Assembly (NCBI GenBank): GCA_965237955.1
Contig: OZ250169.1
Span: 2,016,001 to 2,080,000 of the forward strand
DNA: 64,000 nucleotides
Reading direction: 5' to 3'
DNA from: Candidatus Marinacidobacterales bacterium
GTDB taxonomy: Bacteria > Acidobacteriota > Vicinamibacteria > Marinacidobacterales > SMYC01
Shown: positions 35,139 to 46,566 of the stretch, piece after piece
Position numbering within the stretch: position 1 is the stretch's first letter
How the letters are laid out: every line of letters starts with the position of its first letter
Translations under genes and position numbers: made by a program
The notes under the pieces: generated by a model
The model's input: the letters and a program-made list of their open reading frames with translations, nothing else
Database searches by the model: none
Told to the model about the DNA's origin: nothing

Positions 35139-36073
35139 AGGGAATCTACTACTGCTCGATCCGCACGATGTATCGGATTCTGGCGGAGAACGGAGAGGTC
35201 CGAGAGCGCCGGAACCAGCTGCGACATCCGAATTATCAAAAGCCGGAGCTGCTGGCCGAAGCGCCGAACCAGGTTTGGTCGTGGGATATCACCAAGCTGC
35301 GTGGCCCCGTCAAGTGGACCTACTACTACCTCTACGTGATTCTGGACATCTTCTCCCGTTACGTGACCGGGTGGATGTTGGCTCGACGAGAAAGCGCTGA
35401 GCTCGCTCGTCGTCTCATCAGCGAGAGCTGCCGCAAACAGAACATTGAACCAGACCAGCTCACCATCCACGCCGACCGTGGCAGCTCGATGCGAAGCAAG
35501 TCCGTAGCTATGCTCCTGGCTGACCTCGGCGTTACCAAGACCCACTCCAGACCTTACGTCTCGAACGATAACCCCTACTCCGAGTCCCAGTTCAAGACTC
35601 TGAAGTATTGCCCTCAGTTTCCGAGCCGTTTTGGTTCCATCGAAGACGGCCGGCTGTTCTGCGGCGGCTTCCTCGACTACTACAATCACGAACGCCGGCA
35701 CTCGGGAATCGGCCTCATGACACCGGCCGCCGTTCACGATGGTCTCGCGGAACAGCTCACCACTGCCCGGCGCCAAATCCTCCTCGAAGCTCATCGGGCT
35801 CATCCCGAACGCTTCGTTCGCGGAATGCCACAGCCCCCCGTTTTGCCTCCTCAGGCCTGGATCAACCCGCCGCCGGAGAAAACGACGCGCCAGGAGGCCG
35901 CCGGAGCCACTTTCTCGAGGTGGTCCACACCTGGGGACCCCCGGATTCAGGCCAACGCGACCAGATCTCGCCGCACGCAGACGGTGACCGCCCCGGGCCC
36001 ACGAGTCTTACTGCATTGATTGAGGCTCACTAAATGCAGTCCGCGGGTGTCTCAAAGTTGTTGACACGTTCCG
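35139..36073 (+). pseudogene. IS3-family (different subgroup) orfB and right end, 5'-truncated at type-A tip
   Basis: PNQVWSWDITKL, HADRGSSM, SNDNPYSESQFKTLKY; end TGTCTCAAAGTTGTTGACACGTTCCG. Confidence 0.88.
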
Positions 36074-36792
36074 TGGAGGGAATAAGTGGCCAGCCCGATG
36101 GCCGCCACATGGTCGTTGCCCCCAACGACCTCGAGCCGGCAGGTGGCGAGCGTGCGTCCCTTGCGGACGACCTCTCCGATGGCGAGCAGGTCTTCCTGGA
36201 CTCCCGCCAGCAAGCTCATCTTGAACTCCACCGTCTTGACCGTGGAGCCCGGCGAGACCGAACCCACCGCGAAGTTACCCGCCGTGTCCGCCAGCAGACC
36301 GATGAGACCCCCGTGGATGACGCCATGCCTTTCTTCGAACTCGGCCCGAAACGGCAACCGCACGCACGCCACGCCGTTCTCGCAATAGCTGAGTGTCATG
36401 CCCAGGTAGCGGCTGATCGGAGCCGCCTCGAAGAGTTGTTTGAGTTTTTCGAGATGCGCGGAACGTTCCGTCGTTTCACCCACCCGCTGGTGGCGGACAC
36501 CTTCGGGCAGAGGAACCGGCACCGGCTTGGGTTCATTGCGGGGAGCCGAACGAGGCCGTGCAGCGGCTTTCTTGCTAGCAGGCCTCGAAAGGATGTCTCT
36601 CTTCCTTGGTCCTTCTTTCATATCGAGACACGCTCCACGATGTTGCGAGTGACGTGCTGTCTACGCCGGTCATAGATCTGTGTGGCCCGAGGGGTTGGAG
36701 TGTCCGGCCAGATACTGCACGTCCTCCAGGGGCACGCTCTGGCTGAGTATATCCGTGATCTCCATCACGCGGATGAATAAATAGAAGGCACA
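36074..36792. repeat. 719-bp near-identical direct duplicate of 33127-33845 (thioesterase, recombinase scrap, type-C end)
   Basis: Only a few substitutions; both copies end in GGATGAATAAATAGAAGGCACA. Confidence 0.93.
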
Positions 36793-36850
36793 GCGTCTAA
36801 GCTGCTGATTTGTGGTCTATTTCAAAAGGGCCGAGTTTTGGCATAGGACG

Positions 36851-37292
36851 AGATCGCGGTCAGCGTCAGCGCGGCGCCGGAGCGGCCCGCGACCGCCGCA
36901 CCGAGCAGCACCAGCGCCCACCCGATCAACTGGGGATTGCGGCTGTACGCGTACGGGCCGGTCGTGATCAGCCGGTCGGTTTTCATACCCCAGTTGCACC
37001 GCAGCGAGTGAAACTCGCGCCGGGCCGCGTTGTACCCGACCAGGCCCAGCACCAGCAACGCGCCGCCGAACGGGTAGGCCAGCCCGCGCGGAAGCGGAAG
37101 CAGCCAGGCCGACCACCACGACGCCAGCAGCGAACAGACGCTCGGCCCAAGGTAGGCGACAAAGGCGGCGATGACCGTCGGCACGGTGACCCGGCCCGAT
37201 CGCGCGCGTTCCACGTGGGCGCGTCTCAGCGCGATGAAACCGCCGACGGCAAGAGAGGCGGCGCCGACCGCCACCAGAATCAGACCTCGCAT
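36851..37292 (-). pseudogene. Isoprenylcysteine carboxyl methyltransferase / PEMT-family membrane protein, 3'-truncated at type-A tip 36850
   Basis: LITTGPYAYSRNPQLIG motif; hydrophobic helices. Confidence 0.8.
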
Positions 37293-37401
37293 CGCGCGTT
37301 CAGTATCAGTCCTCGCGTTCAGGTCGGGTTGTGCGTCGTCCGGTTTTCGCGGCGTTGCACACATCAGCGCGCAACGGCCGGCGTAGTCCTGTCGCTCTTC
37401 G

Positions 37402-37679
37402 CGTCGTGTCCAAGAATACAAACGAACTCAAGACAGGCGCGCCTGGACCCCGTCGTGTCTGAAAACGCGAAGGGAGCCGGAAGCGGCTACCAGCAGATGT
37501 CGGACTAAACCCTGAATCTCCAGACGCGCGAAGAGCGACTTTCCCGAGAGCTAGCTCGGGCCGAGCCTTGAGGGCTGCGATGAGAGCGCGAACAAACGAC
37601 GAAATCCATGCAGGCATGATGCCGGCAGACTGGAGACTAATCCAGTTCGATGCGCGCGGATGAATAAATAGAAGGCACA
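37402..37679. mobile_element. Stacked ends: B1 (37402), B2 (37451), C (37679) with transposase N-terminal scrap
   Basis: CGTCGTGTCCAAGAATAC, CGTCGTGTCTGAAAACGCG, MPAWISSFVRALIAALKARPELAL (minus). Confidence 0.8.
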
Positions 37680-37831
37680 GGACACCACTACGCGGGACGC
37701 GGCGGTGGTCGAGGCGCTACAAACCGTAGTCGCGGCCAATCCAAAGATTCCGGGAATTTACTGATGGACAATCACTTCATCCAGGGAGCGGATTGGTCAA
37801 GCAGGTCAATCGTGAGAATATTGGATCGAGC

Positions 37832-38479
37832 ATGAAGAAACGTTCCCTCCGATACGCTGGCGACAAGGCCGTTCGCGCTGTATTGGAGCGTTATGCGTGT
37901 CCGACGTCATTCCATGTCGTCCGCACACGACTCCTCGGCAACATCGCGACGCCCAAGCTCGACGCATCGCCCCTCCGGGCTATAGAGAGCTGTTGGGAAG
38001 GTGAGCTGCCGGAGTTCGACAATGTCGGCGCAGCCAATGAGCTATTCGAGTCCCTGATGGGGCTTTGGAACGAACTGGCAAGGCATCAATCAGCAACCAA
38101 GCCGTTCCGTTTGACGCGGATGGAGGCTAAGCCGGATACGGATGACATTCGCCGTCTGTGCCGGACCCGCACCGAGGAGCTTGAAGGCTTCATCGACGGA
38201 CTGTTCGGTGACGCGGAGCTCATGGATCTGCCCGAGTGGGCCAACGAGGCTCTGGACAACCTCGGCCAAGTCCATACCAAGACCCGCGGTATCATCGATC
38301 TCCTGGAGAGAGAGTCGGCGTTACCGGCGTCAGAGGGGGACCTGAGGGGAATTCTCAAGGAGGTTGGGGAGCTCTCACACATCGCAGAGAAAGAACTGCA
38401 CGCGGTGATGCTTGCCTGCAAGCGCGCCCGCCAACAGACCCTTTCCACTATCGCCGTGGGCAAGCCCACCATCCATTGA
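37832..38479 (+). CDS. Hypothetical protein
   Basis: Clean ~215-aa ORF (LERYACPTSFHVVRTRLLGNIA...WEGELPEFD...LMGLWNEL) ending PTIH. Confidence 0.7.
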   Translation: MKKRSLRYAGDKAVRAVLERYACPTSFHVVRTRLLGNIATPKLDASPLRAIESCWEGELPEFDNVGAANELFESLMGLWNELARHQSATKPFRLTRMEAKPDTDDIRRLCRTRTEELEGFIDGLFGDAELMDLPEWANEALDNLGQVHTKTRGIIDLLERESALPASEGDLRGILKEVGELSHIAEKELHAVMLACKRARQQTLSTIAVGKPTIH

Positions 38480-38599
38480 AGGGAAGTGTCACGAGCAGCC
38501 GGAAGTAGTTCTCACCGAGGCGATGTTCCGGAAGCGGCGTCGCTCCGATGCCGATTGATGCGGCTCGTGGCCGTCGAAACTGCTGCTAGGAGGGCTTGC

Positions 38600-39000
38600 G
38601 ATGTCGTAAGCGATGGGGTGGCTTGCTCCGTTATTACCACCGCGCCGCCGCATAGGAGTTCGGGCGCTCAAGCTGGACGGAACGGATGGTTTGGAGGAGA
38701 GCTTTGCTCGGGAGCGCCTATCGCAGATCCAGTGCCGCGTCGGCTGGTCTCCGCGAATTTCGAGAACGCCTCCAGGATTCGAGCTTTCGACTCCGTTCGC
38801 ATTTTCGGACACGACGGGGTCAGCAGTTTGCACCTTCCCAAAGGCCGCTTGAATCCGCCATCGCGGTCGGATACGTATTCCAGTTCAGCGGGCGGGTTGC
38901 TACGTTTCTACCATCGGGAAGCCGCATGAGTATTTTACCTCACGAGACCGGAAACTAATCAAGTTCGGTGCGCGCGGATGAATAAATAGAAGGCGCCCCT
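38600..39000 (+). mobile_element. Stacked rve-element ends (B2 tip 38816, F tip 38944, degenerate C at ~38995)
   Basis: Reverse complement of 16586-16800; GGLLRFYHREAA* GTATTTTACCTCACG; GGATGAATAAATAGAAGGC. Confidence 0.8.
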
Positions 39001-39547
39001 GGCACTACTGCCAGACATCATGATCCAATCCGGCCTCGCTGCAAAGCGGAAACCGAGCCTGCACGGTTCTGGCTGTTCTAATTCCAGCGTAAGACGACGC
39101 AAAGCAGGCCCGGTAATCCCGATGGCTACTGCTTCTTCTTTTTTCTGCGCGTCCCCAGGGTAAGCCGTATCCGCTTTCCGAGCCCAAGTTCCGCACGCAG
39201 TTGGTCGCTACGGATCAACACGAACGACAAGGCGACAGCAAGGCACAATACCGCCAGAGTGGGAATAGCATCCATGTCGCATTCCTTCGTCAGTTCTTCT
39301 TCGTTGAAGACAGTTTTGGCCTCGACACCCTCTGAAGGGTATCCGCGAACTCACGCGCAGCCTCGATCTTACCCCGGACTATCTCGGTGGTTTCTCGTGC
39401 CTGCTTGGTGAGTTCGTCCAGAAGGTTCGGAAGAACTCGGGTCGCGGCGACTCTCAAGAGGCGCGCGGATTCGTTAAAGGCCCAACTGGCGAGTCTGAAC
39501 GTGTTCGGGTAACTCGTAGTCACCCGATCCACTTCGGATTGCAAGCC

Positions 39548-39942
39548 CGTCTGGTCAAAATACTCGAACGCCCAGCGGGTCAGCAGTTTGCACCTTTCCA
39601 AAGGCCGCCTACCGCCCTTGGCCCGGTCGCAAACACAGACACTACGCTGCTGATTTATGGTCTATTTCAAAAGGGCCGAGTTTTGGCACAGGACGGGGTG
39701 CTTGCCGGCCACGGGGATCGTATTCGACTGTCGCACGACCGCACGCGCGAGAGCTTGCTGGCGCTGACCCGTCAGTACTCTCGCGTGTGAATCATCGCCC
39801 GCTCGCCGCACTCGCTACCGAGCATGAATCTGTTCGTGCACGCAACGTAGCAACCCGCCAAGCCGTTCACGGGAGCGCACCATAGACACTAAGCTTTTGA
39901 TTTATGGTCTATTTCAAAAGGGCCGAGTTTTGGCGCAGGACG
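39548..39942. mobile_element. F end (39548) and two type-A ends (39695, 39942) enclosing a short MBL-hydrolase-like C-terminal scrap
   Basis: CGTCTGGTCAAAATACTC; two GAGTTTTGGC.CAGGACG; VLAGHGDRIRL...*. Confidence 0.75.
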
Positions 39943-40060
39943 GGTTCGCAGCGGCGTAGAATACCTCGTGTTGTCTAGTTCGTGTGCCTCGCAGTGCGGC
40001 TACAATGTCTCGACTGCGCCGGACTAACCGGGACTGCCGCTACAGAAAGGAGAATTGAGC

Positions 40061-41296
40061 ATGTCTAACCGCTCCAGATACGGTCAGACAGTCTACCTTC
40101 CAAAACTTAAGGGAAGCCGCGCGGTTCCGTTGCACCGGCGTCGACTGGAGATCGGGTCCGGCGGTAACGGGTATGACGAGGATTGGCTTCAACGGCTTCT
40201 GTTCGAGACGCCTGAAATCCTCCCAATCGGAGAAATCGATCCTGCGTTCGCTCCTGCCACACCGCTTTGTCGCGAGTTGCCAACCGCGGCCGGGCCGATC
40301 GACCTCGCCTACATGAGCGAGGAGGGTCGATTGTCCATCGTTGAGTGCAAGCTGTGGCGTAACCCCGAGGCACGGCGCGGTGCTGTCTCCCAGATCCTCG
40401 ACTACGCGAAGGAGATCAGTCGCTGGTCGTACGATGAGCTGAACGATGCCGTTTGCCGGGCTGCAAGACGTTCCGGAAACACCAACGCGTTGTTCGATAT
40501 CGTGCGGGCGCAGCACGATACGCTTGACGAAGCGACCTTCGTGGACGACGTCGCGCGTAGCCTTACCAGCGGCCGCTTTCTCCTGATCGTGGTGGGCGAC
40601 GGCATACGCGAAGGGGTTGAACGCATCGCGGATTATCTCAACCAGTCCGCCGGCATTCGAATCACGTTCGGGCTCGTGGAGTTGGCCATCTTCGACATGC
40701 CGGAGGGCTCGGCGGGCGGGGTTATCGTAGAGCCGAGGGTACTCGCCAAGACGATCGAAATCGAACGTGCTGTCGTGCGACGGGCCGACGCGGAGGTCGT
40801 GGTGGAAGACCCGCCACCAGCGTCAGGTGGTGTAAGAGTCAGGACGCAGATCACGGAGAAGGAGTTCTACGAACAGATCGAACAGGTCGATCCGGCACTA
40901 CCGTTGCGCGTGCGGGCATTCTTCCAGAGCTACGAGGCCCAGGGCGACGATTTCGAAGTCACCTTGTCACGCGCCTCGTACATCTTGAACTGGCATCGGA
41001 GCGATGGAAGCAAGGTTAACTTCGGCACGTTGTTTCCGAATGGAGATCTCGACACGAACTACGTGGTCTATTACGCGGAGCAATGCGGCGATCCGCAAGT
41101 AGGGGTGGATTACCTTGAGGCCGTGGCCCGGCTCCTTCCCGGAGCAACCGTGAAAAAGGACGGCAACTATTGGTCATGGCGCGTAGTCGTCGACGGGAGA
41201 AAGCCGAAGGTCGGCGATCTACTCGAACACTCCAATGAATGGCTGACCGCGATAGGCCAGGCGGTAATAGCCTTCAATCGGCTCGACGAGGACTAA
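40061..41296 (+). CDS. PD-(D/E)xK nuclease-domain protein (NucS/DUF91-like N-terminus)
   Basis: RBS AAAGGAG; EDWLQ, CRELPTAAGPIDL, IVECKLWRNPEARR, QILDYA. Confidence 0.8.
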   Translation: MSNRSRYGQTVYLPKLKGSRAVPLHRRRLEIGSGGNGYDEDWLQRLLFETPEILPIGEIDPAFAPATPLCRELPTAAGPIDLAYMSEEGRLSIVECKLWRNPEARRGAVSQILDYAKEISRWSYDELNDAVCRAARRSGNTNALFDIVRAQHDTLDEATFVDDVARSLTSGRFLLIVVGDGIREGVERIADYLNQSAGIRITFGLVELAIFDMPEGSAGGVIVEPRVLAKTIEIERAVVRRADAEVVVEDPPPASGGVRVRTQITEKEFYEQIEQVDPALPLRVRAFFQSYEAQGDDFEVTLSRASYILNWHRSDGSKVNFGTLFPNGDLDTNYVVYYAEQCGDPQVGVDYLEAVARLLPGATVKKDGNYWSWRVVVDGRKPKVGDLLEHSNEWLTAIGQAVIAFNRLDED

Positions 41297-41581
41297 ACAT
41301 CTCGTTCGGCGTGTTCTGTGGACAGATTACGCGGCGGCCTGAATTGTGAACCGTACCGGGTTTGCGAGATGGGCGTCACTTCTGACCGTTTCAACATAGT
41401 CGACCGTGTTGAAGCCGCTTCGCAGGCGGAGCACGACGCAGCGGGACGCTGTTTTGCGCGCGCTTGAGTTTCAATCTGCTCCCCAGACGGCAACCTCAAT
41501 TGATCTGCCCCCACCAACGAGACCATCTACTAAGAGCGGCCTGACGAACGTCTAGTGGCTGGTGTGGCGGAGAAAGAACCG

Positions 41582-42367
41582 ATGCGGGTCGTGAGCTGGA
41601 ACGTAAATGGGATTCGCGCTTGCGTGCGGCGCGGGTTCGTGGACTTTTTGGACCGGTCTGGAGCCGACATCCTCGGCGTCCAAGAGGTCCGCGCGCTGCC
41701 CGAGGAGATCCCTCTCGCCGCACGGAGGCCGACCGACTGGCACGCCGTGTTCGCGGTAGCCGAGCGCCGGGGATACAGTGGTGTCGGAATCTACTCGAAG
41801 TTCCAGCCCGTTCTAGTGGAGACCTCCCTCGGAGAGCCTCGGTTCGATATTGAGGGCCGGTTCATCGCTGCTCACTTCCGGACCGATCGCGGGCGGTTCG
41901 CGGTTGTAAACGGCTATTTTCCCAAGGGAAGCGGGAAGGACCGGGACAACAGCCGGGTCGGCTACAAACTCGACTTCTATCGGGCTGTGTTCGACCGGGC
42001 GCAGCAACTGCGGCGCCGATGTCCAGTGCTCGTGATCGGGGATTTCAATACCGCGCACCGCGAGATCGACCTCGCTCGCCCGAAATCCAATGTCAAGAAC
42101 AGCGGGTTCCTCCCCGAGGAGCGGGTCGAGCTCGACCGCTGGCTCGAAGCGGGCTGGGTGGACACCTTTCGCGCCCTGCATCCCGACCAGCCGGACCATT
42201 ACACTTGGTGGCGGCAGTGGGGCGGCGCGCGCGAGCGGAACGTCGGGTGGCGCATCGACTACGTCCTCGCGTCGCCGAGCGCGATGGAACGATTGAAGGA
42301 CGCCTTCATCTGGCCCAACGAGCGGGGCTCCGACCACTGCCCGGTAGGTGTCGACATCGACCTCTAG
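41582..42367 (+). CDS. xth: Exodeoxyribonuclease III (AP endonuclease)
   Basis: SWNVNGIRA, QE, GYSGV, EGR, YFP, GDFNTAH, GWRIDY, SDHCP. Confidence 0.95.
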   Translation: MRVVSWNVNGIRACVRRGFVDFLDRSGADILGVQEVRALPEEIPLAARRPTDWHAVFAVAERRGYSGVGIYSKFQPVLVETSLGEPRFDIEGRFIAAHFRTDRGRFAVVNGYFPKGSGKDRDNSRVGYKLDFYRAVFDRAQQLRRRCPVLVIGDFNTAHREIDLARPKSNVKNSGFLPEERVELDRWLEAGWVDTFRALHPDQPDHYTWWRQWGGARERNVGWRIDYVLASPSAMERLKDAFIWPNERGSDHCPVGVDIDL

Positions 42368-42389
42368 GAAGGCAGTACGGAGAAGCGCG

Positions 42390-42434
42390 GTAGAGTCGAG
42401 AGCTGGCGCGGTGCTCTGTAGGCGCGGCCTATCT
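42390..42434 (-). ncRNA. Diverged group II intron 3' remnant (domain VI end)
   Basis: GTAGAGTCGAGAGCTGGCGCGGTGCTCTGTAGGCGCGGCCTATCT matches 25086-25130 with 3 changes. Confidence 0.8.
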
Positions 42435-42848
42435 CGTTGTGTCCAAAAACACAAACGAACTCAAGATCGGCGCGCCGGGGCCGTTTCGATCGTCATCAAC
42501 CTGTGGCGAGCCCCAGATCTGGGGGTCGGAGGCGATGTCGGCGATTCGAGGTCTCCGTACGCGCAGGGAAAACACCGTCCAGCAAGGGGATGCCACGCTC
42601 CCGAGCGGAAACCTGGGTCCAGGCCCAGGCTGCACCTGGACCAGAACGTGCTAGCCCGCTGCGCCGCGGTAGCCCCAGCCTCGATTCTAGGTCCTCTAGA
42701 GACGAGAGCGCGAACAAACGACGAAATCATGCCGGCATGGTCCCGGCAGACCGGAGACTAATCAAGTTCGGTGCGCGCGGATGAATAAATAGAAGGCACA
42801 AGCTGAATTATGGGCTATTAAAAAAAGGCCGAGTTTTGGCACAAGACG
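42435..42848. mobile_element. Block: B1 end, repeat D copy 4, C end (42800), degenerate A end (42848)
   Basis: Sequence identity to the other copies. Confidence 0.82.
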
Positions 42849-44530
42849 GGGTGCGCCTCAGCGCGGACTCCGTCCACTACTTTGTTCAAGGTCGATCCCT
42901 TTTGTTCGACGGTGACGTCGATTTCACGAACGACTACCAGGGCGTGCGACCACGGATCAAGATCTCCGAGCGGTACCCTGTGGGCCTGCCGTTGCTGTCA
43001 TTGCCGTTTCTCGCCGGCGCACACCTTCTCGTTCGCATCGGCATAGGGCTTGGCCTCGATCTCCCAGCTCATGGATTCGGCTATCCATACGAGACCGCGT
43101 TCGAGCTGAGCGGCTATTTCTTTGCTTCGCTCGCACTCGTTTGGCTCCTTCGCACCGTGAGCGCGTTTGTGCCTCTCGGGCTCGCGGCACTGAGCCTCGT
43201 CACATCCGTGGCCGCGTCGTTTCTTGGATGGTACATGGTGGTCGAAGCAGGCATGCCTCATGCGATGTCGTTCGCATGGACGAGCTTCTTCCTCTGCTAC
43301 TGGCTAAACGCCCGGCCCGTTACTCGTAGGCGCGATTTCGCCTTGCTCGGTCTGCTGATTGGTGTCGCCGCGCTGGTGCGGTGGCAGAACGGCGTGATGA
43401 TAGTGCTTCCTCTCCTCGATCGGTTCTGCGATTCTCGCGAAGCAAAGACACTTCTCCACGACGGTGTCGTTCTGGTTGCAAGTGCGGCGGCGGCATTCCT
43501 GCCTCAGTTGGTGTTTTGGCAGGTGGTATCGGGAAGCCCAGTGGCTCTCCCCACGGAGGGACACAACGTCTCCTGGACCCAGATGCGGTGGTCCGAGGTG
43601 CTGTTCTCTACGAATCGAGGTCTCTTCCCCTGGAACCCGGTCGCGTATCTGGGCGTTCTCGGCCTAGTGCTCTGGCTTCGCTCTTCCAGACTGGCATGGC
43701 TCTTCATGACCGGGTTCGCGCTGCAGGTCTACGTGAATGCAAGCGTAGGTATCTGGTGGGCAGGCTGGTCGTTCGGTGGGCGGCGTTTCGACGGTTGTTT
43801 CCTGTTCTTCGTGGTGGGTCTCGCGGTGCTCTTCGATTGGCTGCGTCGGCATCCCATCATCCCAATTCTCGGAGGAAGCCTAGCCCTCGTTTTGTGGAAT
43901 CTGGAACTTGCGCATCAAACGCGGCGAGGGCTCGTGCCACCCGATCGCCTCGTCTCCTTCCGAAGCGTATCGGAGAGGACCGTCCGAGAGCTATATGACC
44001 GCTTCGGCTACCCGTTTGCCGCGCCTGCGAATTGGATCTTCGCCAGGCGCTTTGGCGTTTCGCCGGAGAAGTTTGACCGCGTCTTCGGTCACGAGGGCTT
44101 CGGAAATTTTAAGCTGGTGTTCGATTCGGGTAGCGAGCCGTTTGTTGCAACCGGCTGGGGAGACGCAGAGCTCGACGCTGATGGACGACCGTTTCGATGG
44201 TCGCTAGGCGAGGTGTCTCAGCTATTAGTCCCGTTGCGGGCCGTGCGGGAGTACGAGTTGAACGTTGAAGTACGGCCGTTTTCTGAGACCGTGCCCAACG
44301 AGCTTCGGGTGTCCGTGAATGGCTCGACCGAGCCGGGTCGCCGTTTGAGCACGGCCGAAACGTTGACAGCGCGATGGGTCCTCTCCGCTGAGCTCTTTCG
44401 GCCTGGAGTCAACGTCCTTGCGTTCCGCCTCGTTAAGACGAAGCGCCCCTCGGAGCTCGACCTGAGTGCAGATTCCCGCGAACTCGGGGCAGCGTTTTAC
44501 CGGATGGAGCTCGTCGCCGTACCGGACTGA
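42849..44530 (+). pseudogene. Multi-TM GT-C-like membrane protein, 5'-truncated at type-A tip
   Basis: DSVHYF..RSLLFDGDVDFTND, LVRWQN, VLFSTNRGLF.WNP, WWAGWSFGGRRF; periplasmic C-terminal domain. Confidence 0.75.
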
Positions 44531-44705
44531 GGCCCATCGAGGCATCCATGTCTCAGACGTGTGCTAGGATACCCGCCTTCTTATGGCAGAGCTCCGGCGC
44601 TGGACTGCGACGGCTTCTCTGACACGCCCTGCCGTACTTCTCGCAATTCTCATTCTCGCGGCGGTTCGTTGGTGGGCTTCAAGGGGAGCTGCTTTCCGAG
44701 GAAGT

Positions 44706-45591
44706 CAGATAGTTTGTGAGCCATCGTACTTGGCTGCGATGAGGCAGCGGTACCAACGCAGAAGCGTAGCGGGTGTGGCAACGGACGTAATCTGGGCCAG
44801 CGCCTCGCGGCCCAAAGCCTGGGCCTTGACGGCGAGCCTGCGCCGGTCGTCGTCCGAGAGCCTGAGACGCTTGCCCCGAAGCCCGGCTCGGAGCACACGG
44901 TTCTCCTCTTGCTGGTAGTCGATCACATCCTGCTGCTGGCGGTTGACCCAGCCAGCTAGAACGAGCAGTAGGAATTGCACGTGGTACGTCATCATGGATC
45001 TGAAGATAACACCCTCGGGCCAGACGATTGTAAAGCCTACGGCCCTTGGTCCGGTCGCAAACACAGACACTAAGCTGCTGATTTATGGTCTATTTCAAAA
45101 GGGCCGAGTTTTGGCACAGGACGGGGTCCATATCTCGATACCGACACCAAACCCGGACCGAGTCTTCATGAAACAAGTAGCGCTCGACCTTACGCGGAGC
45201 GCTTCTTGCGCTCGATCAAAGAGGAGTGCTTGAACAGGATGGTCTTGCTTGGCCGGAATGCGTTGGAACGCGCTCTCCGCGAATATCGTCTCCATTATCT
45301 GCGTGAGAGAAATCACCAGGGTCTCGGCAACCGTTTGCTAGAGGATTTTCCCCAGGACGCGGATGGGCCCAGCGTCGAGTGCCGCGAGCGACTCGGCGGC
45401 CTACTTCGTTATTACTATCGTGGGGCTGCCTGAGTAGATACGTTCGAGTGCCGTCCGAGCCGCCCGGTGGGTTTCGTATCGTCGTGGCATTGACCTCGGC
45501 TGGCAGCCTATCGAATCCTCGATTCGCGTAGACCCGGTCATCGACCCTCCACAGGCCGACTTCGAGCTCGACGTACTATTTGCACCATACG
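44706..45591. mobile_element. Type-A left end with transposase 5' fragment (minus, tip 45123), followed by the C-terminal fragment and right end (tip 45591) of another rve element
   Basis: [15 protein letters not shown]...YDGS; SIKEECLNRM...ERNHQGLGN...LGGLLRYYYRGAA*; TTTGCACCATACG. Confidence 0.82.
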
Positions 45592-45728
45592 AGCTCGCCA
45601 ACATCGTGGTTCCATCATCCGCATCGTTGGCGGCGGACGCCGGTGTCAAACCGTAGACTTTGCAACGGGTTATCCATCTGTAGCTCTTTTTTACGATGGC
45701 GGCAGGAAAACGTTCCTATAATAGCGGT

Positions 45729-46205
45729 ATGGGAAAGCTTCTTTTGCTGTTCATCATCGTCCCCGCCGTGGAGCTCGGTCTTCTCATCCAAGTGGGAATC
45801 TATCTCGGTACGTGGCCGACGCTCGCGTTGATCGTCTTCACCGGCATCGTGGGTGCGTATCTGGCACGGCTGCAAGGTCTCTCGGTTTTGACCTGCGCTC
45901 AGGAGCAGATGGACCGTGGCGAGCTCCCCGCGAGCTCGCTCGCGGACGGCGTCATGATCCTCGTCGCGGGCGCACTGCTGATGGCACCGGGGATCCTCAC
46001 CGACGCATTCGGCTTCTCGCTGCTCGTGCCCGGCTTCCGCAACCTCATCAAAGACATCTTGCTGGCGTGCTTCCGTAGAGCGGTCGAAGAAAATCGAGTA
46101 CACGTGCACGTCTCCGGGATGGGATTCGACGCCGACTCGGGTCCGGTGGTGGACATTCGACCCGAGAGCTTCGAGCCCGATCCGCCGAAATACAAAGTGC
46201 ATTGA
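45729..46205 (+). CDS. fxsA: FxsA family membrane protein
   Basis: LLLFIIVPAVEL..LIQVG..G.WPTL...GAYLARLQG...AGALLMAPGILTDAFGF. Confidence 0.9.
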   Translation: MGKLLLLFIIVPAVELGLLIQVGIYLGTWPTLALIVFTGIVGAYLARLQGLSVLTCAQEQMDRGELPASSLADGVMILVAGALLMAPGILTDAFGFSLLVPGFRNLIKDILLACFRRAVEENRVHVHVSGMGFDADSGPVVDIRPESFEPDPPKYKVH

Positions 46206-46566
46206 CCGTCTTCTGGCGCTACTGGCTCCTCCAAATTCCCGGATGGGTCGTCTTGGTCGGTCTGGATCGGCGTGCTCATGACCGAGGACGCTAGCTTTCT
46301 GTTGGCGAAACAAGCGTAGGCAGGTCTAATTCGAGACATCCCGGTGCGTAGGTCCTGAGTGCGTTTGTGTTTTTGGACACGACGACTTCCGGGTGCGAAG
46401 TTCACTGCCCGTAGCTCGCCACGCAGCCCAAGGGTCGGCGGATTCCAAGGGCGTCTAAGCTGCTGATTTGTGGTCTATTTCAAGAGGGCCGAGTTTTGGC
46501 ACAGGACGGGGTATCATGGACGCGTGGCCGGCCGGTTCGGCTGCCATCCTTGGCTCCGGGCACGCG

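Noticed and set aside
33127-36792. Near-identical duplicate as a DGR template/variable region
   Set aside because: The few differences are scattered and not confined to adenines, and no DGR RT or avd gene is present.
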